Shown here: in pieces, positions 12,936-22,400 of the stretch | How the letters are laid out: every line of letters starts with the position of its first letter | Numbering within the stretch: the first letter of the stretch is position 1 | Origin: Nemertoderma westbladi | Taxonomy: Eukaryota; Animalia; Xenacoelomorpha | Length of the DNA stretch: 40,353 nt | Direction: 5' to 3' | Assembly (NCBI GenBank): GCA_032718475.1 | Contig: JAUCBJ010008546.1 | Span: forward strand, 1 to 40,353 | Notes under the pieces: model-generated | What the model was told of the DNA's origin: nothing | Database searches by the model: none | What the model saw: only the letters and a program-made list of their open reading frames with translations | Program-made: the position numbers and the translations under genes

Positions 12936-13047
12936 GGAACCACGTAGGACCCGGACCCGGACCCGTAGGACCACACTATTGTACTGGAGGGAACCACGTA
13001 GGACCATACTATTGTACTGGAGGTAACCACGTAGGACCACACTATTA
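12936..13047. repeat. Short tandem repeat, ~33-bp unit (GGAACCACGTAGGACCACACTATTGTACTGGAG-like)
   Basis: Three to four partial units. The nearby motif GCCTCGTGCTGCGCGAAG recurs at ~11311 (+), ~12868 (-) and ~34555 (+). Confidence 0.7.
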
Positions 13048-13209
13048 TGCTGGTCAGAACATTTTCGCATATGTTGTTAGATTGTATCTCCTTTCCTCAT
13101 GTATCTTTAAATAAATAGCAGCTGCGGGGGGGGGGGGGGGGGGGGGGGGGTACACGATCTAAACAACTACCCAAGCCTGATTCCAAGACTGCATGATTCG
13201 AGTCTGATT

Positions 13210-13566
13210 GAATGCTACGTCGGTACTGTGTCAAGAACAATCAATGGACACATCTCCAACCAGACACTATATAACAATGGATATGTCTCTTTTGTTCCCC
13301 CAAGCTTGACACTTAAATAAAGCCGCATCCGCTTTTTAGGACAACATAGTTTTCGCCGTGAGGACCAACTGTGCACAATCATGTGCTTTGGCAGCCCAAT
13401 GGAGAAAAAAAGCATGGTGGACAGCCCGTGACTTTCTTGAGACGCCTCTTAAAGGACACTGGCCTTGAAGATGCGGATAATCTCGCGAAAATTATGGGTG
13501 ATAAGGAGTTGTGGCGGCGCAAATTTGTCGATAAGCCGACACAGCATTCTTAATGCACGCTGCATT
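13210..13566 (+). mobile_element. Decayed 3' fragment of the RTE-type LINE
   Basis: Matches 369-460 (CACATCTCCAACCAGACACTATATAAC) and the copy at 32327-32867 (...LLKDTGLEDAD...FVDKPTQHS*). Confidence 0.85.
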
Positions 13567-14306
13567 GGCAAAAATATTTTTGTCATGTCAGCATACATCT
13601 CAATGTGCAGCTTCAATGCAGCCTATTATAGTAGTAGATCGAATTTTCATTCAACCGTTTCACCACAGAGTAGTTTCTATCCGCATCAATCACCGAAATC
13701 CTTGTCAGATATGCGGCCTGATCCTTCGGTTGTTGCGTGATTTATAACAGAGGCATCAGATTTGTCAGGGGTGGGTTGCTGGACGCCCTACTTAACCCCT
13801 ATTAGTTAAAAGCGCTTTTAAAAAACTTTAAATAACGCTATTAGCTTAATAAGGTTGCTTGACACCCTTTTAACCTAAAAGCACTTTTAGTCTGCTAAAA
13901 GCGCTTTTACTAAGACAACTATTTTCTATGGAGCCACTAATAGGGGTTAAAAGTTACTTCGAAGCACCTTCTTGTTGCTATTAAAGGCTATAACAATAAT
14001 GCATTATATATTTTTGTACCATAACATCATTAATATCGTGTCATTTTTTGTGGCCACATTTGTTCTAGAACAATGAATATATCAATGTTTAATGTCAAAT
14101 ATATTCTAGAATAATCATACTATACTAGAACCAATATTATAAGCTATAATGATCATTAAAAGTGACTTAAAGCTACGAAGTCCAAAAAACGTAGAGGGTT
14201 GACTCCTTGGCGATATATTACCCTAATTAGATTCTAGAAATATATTATTTCGTATTATTTAATGTTTTTATTTCGTTATCTTACACATGCAAGTTTATTT
14301 TTTATT

Positions 14307-14492
14307 ATGTCAGTGCATTTGATGTTGATGCTTGACAACATAACGCAAATACAGTTAAATCGTGAGCGCGTATTAAGAAGTAAAGACAACCCATTTGAGG
14401 TTTTCAGTGACAAAGAACTTATCCAAAGTTTTCGGTTTGATAAATCAGCTATTATAGACATTTCAGATATCATTCGCGACGATTTTAAGTGA
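14307..14492 (+). pseudogene. N-terminal remnant of a Harbinger (HARBI1-like) transposase
   Basis: RERVLRSKDNPFEVFSDKELIQSFRFDKSAIIDISDII resembles the Harbinger transposase N-terminus (RER.FR...NP...SD.EL..RFRF). No DDE domain follows. Confidence 0.7.
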
Positions 14493-14557
14493 TATGATTA
14501 ATTAATACATAATTAATATTTATTTATCAATTCAACTTTTTACTTTTATTATATTAT

Positions 14558-14644
14558 TTATTGACGCGGGGGTGGTCTAACGCATTCCACTAGACAGGCT
14601 CGTTCTTTGTCATTCCATGCTGGCTTTCTATTTCTTTTCGCCAT
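14558..14644 (-). pseudogene. N-terminal remnant of the Harbinger Myb/SANT-like DNA-binding protein
   Basis: MAKRNRKPAWNDKERACLVECVRPPPRQ* resembles the R.P.W...E...L.E.V start of Myb/SANT-like partner proteins. Convergent with the transposase remnant. Confidence 0.55.
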
Positions 14645-15776
14645 CTTAATGTCTAAGTTAGTATGTAGTATAATGAGAGTCTCATTCGTATATTCAGGCA
14701 AGTCAATCTAGCATAAGACCCAAAATATAGTTATAAATTTTAGTGACAGAAAAATTTATTTTCTAATCACATTTTCTACATTTCTATGCTCGAACGCAGA
14801 TCGAATACTGTAGGACCGTAATACATACAGTACATATAATTTGTATGAAATTATAATAAATAAATCAATTTATAAACGCAAAAGTATATCTCTGTCATTG
14901 CGTTATAAAAGTTTTAGTTTTAAGTTAAGGAGTTTAGTTTTAGCGAATTAGTTTTTGTTTACATGTTTTCCCCTTCTTTTCCTAGATTGAATGGACTACT
15001 TGTGGGCCTTTATTATTTTTTACAATTAATATTTAATACTCAAACTTGAATTCTAGAAATAGTGATAGAGCTATAGTGATGAGATGGTATTATTTATTAT
15101 TAGCGCTATTAAAGTCCTATATTAGCACTAATAATCCTATTAGTAAAAAGGGCTATTAATAATGTTTCACGCAACGCTTCTTAAAGTCGCTATTTACTAA
15201 CAGCACTATTAGTGCTAATAGCCCCTTTAATCCTAATAGCGCTTTTCCACTAATAGCGCGTCCAGCAACCCACCCCAGTTAGGTAGGACTACTACACTAC
15301 TGAGCTGTGATGATTCCACACTTGAAACTGTTTTTTTATTTACCCACACTTGTGTTTTTACCCCATTTTGGGGTAAATAAAAAACATCACCTTTTTGACC
15401 ATAATTTCTTTAAATATATCTTCTGTGATATTGTTTGATGATCATTAAATTACATTTTTGATTCGCTTTCAGACAATACCAAATTTATTTAAATCCATGG
15501 AATACTAACAATTTTATTGACAAAAAACGGAAAATTGTTTTTTTTACCCCCAATGACTATATATGAAAGTATGTATCAATTTGATTATATTGTGTAGTAA
15601 ATAGTTCATTAAATAAAACAAAATTAGTTAAATAAATTAAAAAATTAGTTTAAAAAATAATTTTTTAACTAATTTTCTGGAAATTAGTGAAAAAAAGTTA
15701 GATAAATTAACTCAATTTTAAAAATATTAGTGAGAAAAAGAGCTATTAATTATAAATAAATAAATAAATAAATATA

Positions 15777-17002
15777 GTTTTTTTTTATTAACACCCCGAG
15801 CGGGGTAACAGGTTATGTTTTATTTAATTAACTATTAGTATTATACAGTGTACTTTAATATACGAAATTAAAATAATTTAAAATATAATAGGTAAAAAAT
15901 AATACTAAAAGGGGATAATCCGAAGACAGAACTAGAGGCTTCCTAGAAGGGATAGGTGTGGGCAACTCGCACATCTAATAGCATGGAGCCGGTTGGAAGC
16001 AGGACCCCCGCAGTAGATACAGGTGCAGGCATCCCCAAGTTCGTGAAAGGGGGTTTTATTTCGGCATATTTTCCAATGGAAACCATGGACAGTTACTCGA
16101 GTTATGAGGTGTCGATTCTTTTGGCCGGGAGAGCGCCACTGTGATGTTGTAAATGCAGGGCCTTCGGAATAATTTTCTGCAACAAATAAGCTTTCTTTTG
16201 TCTGGCGATGTAGTCGATATTGTTCTAGAACAGTAGGTTCAAACATTGAAGGATAACGCAGTGACAAATCTTCTATGTATGTGTTCGTTGGAATCATTTT
16301 CAGGGCCACGGTGGAAGATGCATTTTTTGGCAAACCAAGAAGACGTTTCACATAAGTTGATTTGATGATATCAATTTGTTTAAGGTTCGCGAGAGTAAAG
16401 AATTTGGCGATCTCTGTGAAGGCATAATTAACCATAGGGTCTATTTTCATTTGGAAGATAGTTAGACCAGTGTTAATAGAAACATGGTGAAGATCTTTTA
16501 GGCATCCTATTGCTGAGAAAGCTTTCCTTTTCTTCTGGTTTATGTGTCGTGAGAATGATAACGATGGTTGTAGGGTGACCCCTAGGTACTCGTATTCGTT
16601 GCATAACGGTACTTGGACGCCGTTGTAGTAGAATATATCTGCCCTGGATGTTCGACCGCCTTTCCTAAATTTAATTATTTTAGTTTTCCCCATATTTAAT
16701 TCCATCGAGTTTTTAATGGACCATTTGTAGAGTTCGTTTAGTGCGTTTTGGATATCACTGTTCTTTAGCGAGTATATAACCAGGTCGTCAGCAAAAAATA
16801 TGAATCTTATGGTAGAAGCAATTTGTTGAAGAACTTGTGCCAGGTCCGCAATAAACATCAGGAAGCAAGTAGGTGACAAAGAATCCCCTTGCAAAATACC
16901 CCGAAGTTGAACAATTACATTAGAAAATTTGACACCGTCAAAGACTTTCACAGAGTTTTTCAAGAGGGCCTTTATTAGATTGAGTGTTAATATTGTGATT
17001 GG
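15777..17002 (-). mobile_element. 5'-truncated LINE (RT C-terminal half, Cys/His motif and 3' UTR)
   Basis: Uninterrupted frame 17002-15932 with GILQGDSLSP, FADDL, KTK, YEYLG and CIYC...HAIRC. 3' hairpin ACCCC-GCTC-GGGGT, AATAAA and A-tail. 15-bp TSD AAATAAATAAATATA (15762-15776 / 17003-17017), which is low complexity. Confidence 0.9.
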
Positions 17003-17700
17003 AAATAAATAAATATAAAATATTATTATAAAAATAAGGGCTATAAAACATTTGTAAAAAATACAAATTCTTCATATAAATTTTCAATCCAATTACGACC
17101 AAAAAGTGAAATCCTGGTATTCTTCACAAGGGCGTCTGGGTCTTCTCACTGACTAGGTAGAGTAAAGCATAGCTATTAATTATCTTATATAGTTTTTAGT
17201 TTCAGTCAGTCGTTTCTGTCTGCCATTCCACTCAGTTTCGCCTAGTCGTTGATTTAGAGCTGTCAAGTTTATTATTACCTCCCAATGAATCGAATGTACC
17301 GCTGCTATAGTAGCTGTAATATGAAATATGATGTACCCCGGAGTTATAATATGCTATATAACAACTCGCTGCTTTGTTAAAATGTGGAAATATAATTATT
17401 TTGTTGCGCAAAGAAATTAATTTGAAGCGTGACATTTCATTCTGGAGAGAGAAAAAATAGTGGGATTTAATGTAATACAATATTTATGCATCTATGCAAC
17501 TATAAAGTACTTAAAAAATTCCGCATTTACTATGGCTTTCATTTGAATAACTCTTATGCTGAGTTTTGTATCATTGACTATATTACGTGCTAATGATAAT
17601 AATAATGGCTTTCGACTGGTAATTACTTTAGAGTAACAACGCCATACCCAGAGCGAAATTAATCTTATAAGATTACCATTACTGTATATTTTCACCAGTG

Positions 17701-18650
17701 TACGGACTACGGAGCCCTTAAAGGGATATGAAAAAATATGTGATATGCGTAAAACTTAGAGATGTGAGAAGTGGTTTCTATGTCGTATTTTAAAAATTCA
17801 TACCACGATGGAAGTTGTGTGCACAAGATACTAAGTTGTGCGCACAAGATACTAAGTTGTGCGCACAAGATACTAAGTTGTGCGCACACGATACTAAGTT
17901 GTGCGCACAAGATACTAAGTTGTGCGCACAAGATACTAAGTTGTGCGCACCGATACTAAGTTGTTCGCACAAGATACTAAGTTGTGCGCACAAGATACTA
18001 AGTTGTGCGCACACGATACTAAGTTGTGCGCACAAGATACTAAGTTGTGCGCACACGATACTAAGTTGTGCGCACAAGATACTAAGTTGTGCGCACAAGA
18101 TACTAAGTTGTGCGCACAAGATACTAAGTTGTGCGCACAAGATACTAAGTTGTGCGCACAAGATACTAAGTTGTGCGCACAAGATACTAAGTTGTGCGCA
18201 CAAGATACTAAGTTGTGCGCACAAGATACTAAGTTGTGCGCACAAGATACTAAGTTGTGCGCACACGATACTAAGTTGTGCGCACAAGATACTAAGTTGT
18301 GCGCACAAGATACTAAGTTGTGCGCACAAGATACTAAGTTGTGCGCACAAGATACTAAGTTGTGCGCACAAGATACTAAGTTGTGCGCACACGATACTAA
18401 GTTGTGCGCACAAGATACTAAGTTGTGCGCACAAGATACTAAGTTGTGCGCACAAGATACTAAGTTGTGCGCACAAGATACTAAGTTGTGCGCACAAGAT
18501 ACTAAGTTGTGCGCACAAGATACTAAGTTGTGCGCACAAGATACTAAGTTGTGCGCACAAGATACTAAGTTGTGCGCACAAGATACTAAGTTGTGCGCAC
18601 AAGATACTAAGTTGTGCGCACAAGATACTAAGTTGTGCGCACACGATACT
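17701..18650. mobile_element. Left half of a non-autonomous TIR DNA element with a ~40-copy 21-bp tandem array (17812-18650)
   Basis: Terminus TACGGACTACGGAGCCCTTAAAGGGATATGAAAAAA is the inverted counterpart of ~29578-29617. Repeat unit AAGTTGTGCGCACAAGATACT. TACGG..CCGTA ends recall IS3EU, but no TSD was found. Confidence 0.8.
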
Positions 18651-19290
18651 TCCTTTTCATTGTCTTTAATCAAATAAAATTGATATAAATGTAGTAAAAA
18701 GTGCACAGCACAATAAAAACTGACAGTCATTATAGTGTTACGATTCAAAATACACACTTGAATTAAATGTTACAGTACCAACCACAACCCATAAAAATGG
18801 AATAAGCGCAATAAACAGTTGTTAATATATTACATATTTGAAAGTTGTGTAACCATTTGTAGTGAAGCAATAGTGCAATTTAACAGGTAGAAATAGGGTG
18901 TCTTATTAAAAAAAAAATAATAATAATAATAATCCATGACAATATTCCAGTAGGGCTATTAAAAATTAAATTGAAATAAAATTAGACTCGATTAAAATAT
19001 CGTAAAATCCTGTCATGTTTTCCAGAGAAACTGATACCAACAAGGTCATAAGTCATTCTGATAAATTCAATATTTAAGATATCCTTTATGAGTGGTGTCC
19101 CCATTTCCAGCCGAGACATGAGAGATTTAAAATGATAGCTAAAGTTCAATAAAGATTTAGTTGTGGGTAACATGGTACCGCAGACCCGGAGTGTACTACC
19201 AATGCCACTATACTTTACACCATTGTCATTTAAACACAAAGCTACTCTCAAGGCCGATTGAAGTCTTGTGTTAGGACAGTTCTTTATTCT
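18651..19290 (-). mobile_element. 3' part of a 5'-truncated LINE ('LINE A'): end of ORF2 plus 3' UTR
   Basis: RIKNCPNTRLQSAL...CLND...YSGIGST...SLLNFSY...FIR...FSGKHDRILRYFN aligns with the C-terminus of the 1034-aa ORF2. ATTAAA lies near the 3' end. Confidence 0.85.
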
Positions 19291-19461
19291 TGATTCTAAA
19301 CTGTACAAATAGTTTGAACTGTACTGCTGTACTTGTAAACACTGTAACTGGATGACTGATTGGCCTGACTGTAGATTAAATTATTGTGGGCGCACACTTC
19401 GGCAACCATTCATTGAAATATAATAGGGGGATTTTCGTTGCATGGTGTACAATCCCACCCA

Positions 19462-22400
19462 ATGGATAACGTTCGGAAGATGAGCACGGTCAGGCTCAAA
19501 CGGTACTTAGAGAACTACGGCAAACCCACGGCTGGATCCCGTGCAGAAGTTCTAAGACGCGTTATGTGTCTCATAGATCGCGGAATAGCAGCTGCTCCCT
19601 CGGAGGTTCCGGTACCGGTAGTTAATCTAGTTGACGTTAAAATTCTAACGCCAACAGTTCTGGATCCAAAGTTTCCTGTAACCCGTGACAACCCCACCGA
19701 GGTTCCCGCAACCCGGAACGATTTCGCCGAGGTTCCTGCAACCCGGAACAACTCCTCTGAGGTTCCCATAACCCAGAATGACTCTCCCAAGGTTCCAGTA
19801 ACCCGTAACAACTTGAATGACTTTGCCAAGGTTCCTGCAATCCGGAACGACTACTCTGAGTTTCCAATAACCCAGAACGACTCTCCCAAGGTTCCAGTAA
19901 CCTGTGACAACCCCACCGAGGTTCTCGCAACCTGGAACGATTTCGCCACGGTTCCTGCAACCCGGAACGACTACTCTGAGGTTCCCATAACCCAGAATGA
20001 CTCTCCCAAGGTTCCAGTAACCCGTAACAACTTGAATGACTTTGCCAAGGTTCCTGCAATCCGGAACGACTACTCTGAGTTTCCAATAACCCAGAACGCA
20101 TCTCCCAAGGTTCCAGTAACCTGTGACAACCCCACCGAGGTTCTCGCAACCTGGAACGATTTCACCGAGGTTCCTGCAACCCGGAATGACTCCTCTGTGG
20201 TTCCCATAACCCAGAATGACTCTCCCAAGGTTCAAGTAACCCTTAACAACCTGAATGACTTCGCCAAGGTTCCTGTAACCCAGAACGACTTCACAGAGGT
20301 TCCATTAACCCGTGACAATCCCACCGAGGTTCCATTAACCCGTGACAATCCCACCGAGGTTCGAGTAACCCGTGACAATCCCACCGAGGTTCCATTAACC
20401 CGTGATAATCCCACCAAGGTTCCATTAACCCGTGACAATCCCACCGAGGTTCCATTAACCCGTGACAATACCTACGGGGTTCCATTAACCCATGACAATT
20501 CCACCGATGTTCCATTAACCCGTGACAATCCCACTGAGGTTCCATCAACCCGTGACAATCCCACCGAGGTTCCATTAACCCGTGATAATCCCACCGAGGT
20601 TCCATTAACCCGTGACAATCCCACCGAGGTTCCAGTAACCCGTGACAATCCCACCGAGGTTCCATTAACCCGTGATAATCCCACCAAGGTTCCATTAACC
20701 CGTGACAATCCCACCGAGGTTCCATCAACCCGTGACAATCCCACCGAGGTTCCATTAACCCGTGACAATTCCACCGATGTTCCATTAACCCGTGACAATC
20801 CCACCGAGGTTCCATCAACCCGTGACAATCCCACCGAGGTTCCATTAACCCGTGACAATCCCACCGAGATTCCTATAACCCAGAACGACTTCGCTGAGGT
20901 TCCCTCAAACCGGATCGACTTTACCGAGGTTCCAGTAACCCGTAACAACTCCACCGTGGTTCCAGGAACCCGTAACAACCCCACTGAGGTTCCAGCAACC
21001 CTGAACAACACTGCCAAGGTTCCCGTAACCCGGAGTGACTCTACCAAGATTCCAGTTACCCACGGCCACCCCACTGAAGCTCCAGCAACCCGGAGCAACA
21101 CTGCCGAGGTTCCCATAACCTGTAACAACTCCGCCAAGGTTCCAGTAACCCATGACAACCCCAATGAGGTTCCAGCAACCCGGAATGTGAATGCTAAAGT
21201 TCCTGTAACCCGTAATGACTCCACCAAGTTTTCAGTAACCCGGAACAACTCCACCGAGGTTCCAGTTACCCAGAACAACTCCACTGTGGTTCCAGTAACC
21301 CAGAACGACTCCACTGAGGTTCCCATAATCCGCGACAAACCAACTGATGTTCTAGTAACCCGGAAAGACTCTGCCAAGTTTCCAGCAAACCAGCACAACT
21401 CCACCAAGATTCCAATAACCCGGAACGATTCCGCCGAGGTTCCAGTAACCCAGTACTACTCCACCGAGGTTCTTGTAACCCATGACAAACTAACCAAGGT
21501 TCCAGTAACCCGGAATGACTCCACCGAGATTCCAATAACCCGGAACGACTCCGACAAGGTTCCAGTAACCCAGAACTACTCTGCCAAGGTTCCCGTAACC
21601 TATGACAAACTAACCGTGGCTTCAGTACCCCTGAATGACTTTCCCAAGGTTCCAATAACCCGGAATGGCTCCGCAAAGGTTCCTGTAACCCATGACAACC
21701 CAACAGAGGGTATAGCAACCCGGAACGACTCCCCCGAGGTTCCTGTGACCCGGAATTACTCCGCTGAGGTTCCCGCAACCCACATTGACTCTGCCAAGGT
21801 TGTAGAAACCTACAATGTCTCCCCCGAGTTTCCGGTAACCCAGAATTACTCCGCCGAAGTTCAAGTTCAAGTAATCCATAACAATCCCACTGAGGTTCCT
21901 ATAACCCGTAACGACTCCGCTGAGGTCATCATAACCCGTCACAACTCAGCCGTGTTTCCTGTATCCCATTACAACTCAGCTTCTGTTCCCGCAACCCGGA
22001 ATTTCCCCGCTGAGGTTCCAGTAACCTGTTACGACTACCTCAATGTGAATAGTGGATCTGGGACACAACCTTCTGCCTCCTCATTAAACGCATATGCCTC
22101 CTCATTTGTACCAGAGGTAGAAGACCTGGAAGATGATGGAAGCTGGACATTGAGGCGCCCTAGCATTACTCAATATCCATCTACTGTGCTTAATTCATCT
22201 GATTCACATGTTTTTGGTTCTTATGTTGGTTGTAATAGGGTCGATCTACAATTTCTAGGTGCTTACAATAGTAGTTGCAGTAGCGAGGTTGATTTACATG
22301 ATCTTGGTGCTTACATCAATAGTAGTAAGGCTGAGGTTATAGAGATAGCCCAGAATACTGATAATTATACATCTCCAACCCCTTTACTTAAGACTGGAAC

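Larger units (their letters stand above)
13769..15275. mobile_element. PIF/Harbinger deletion derivative
   Basis: Perfect 18-bp TIR GGGTGGGTTGCTGGACGC, 3-bp TSD CAG (13766-13768 / 15276-15278), subterminal CTATTA/TAATAG repeats and remnants of both Harbinger genes. Confidence 0.85.
12332..15559. mobile_element. Tc1/mariner-like non-autonomous TIR element carrying later insertions
   Basis: TA|TAGTTATTGGGGGTAAAAAA at the left end and TTTTTTACCCCCAATGACTA|TA at the right end (one mismatch), with flanking TA dinucleotides. No transposase ORF. Confidence 0.6.

Noticed and set aside
17707-18757. CAQLSIL / CAHKILS / CAQDTKL ORFs, or a CRISPR array
   Set aside because: Head-to-tail 21-bp repeats without spacers and open in several frames; eukaryotic context with no cas genes.
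19515-21942. Multiple antisense ORFs over the ORF1 repeats
   Set aside because: Shadow frames of the 30-bp coding repeat.
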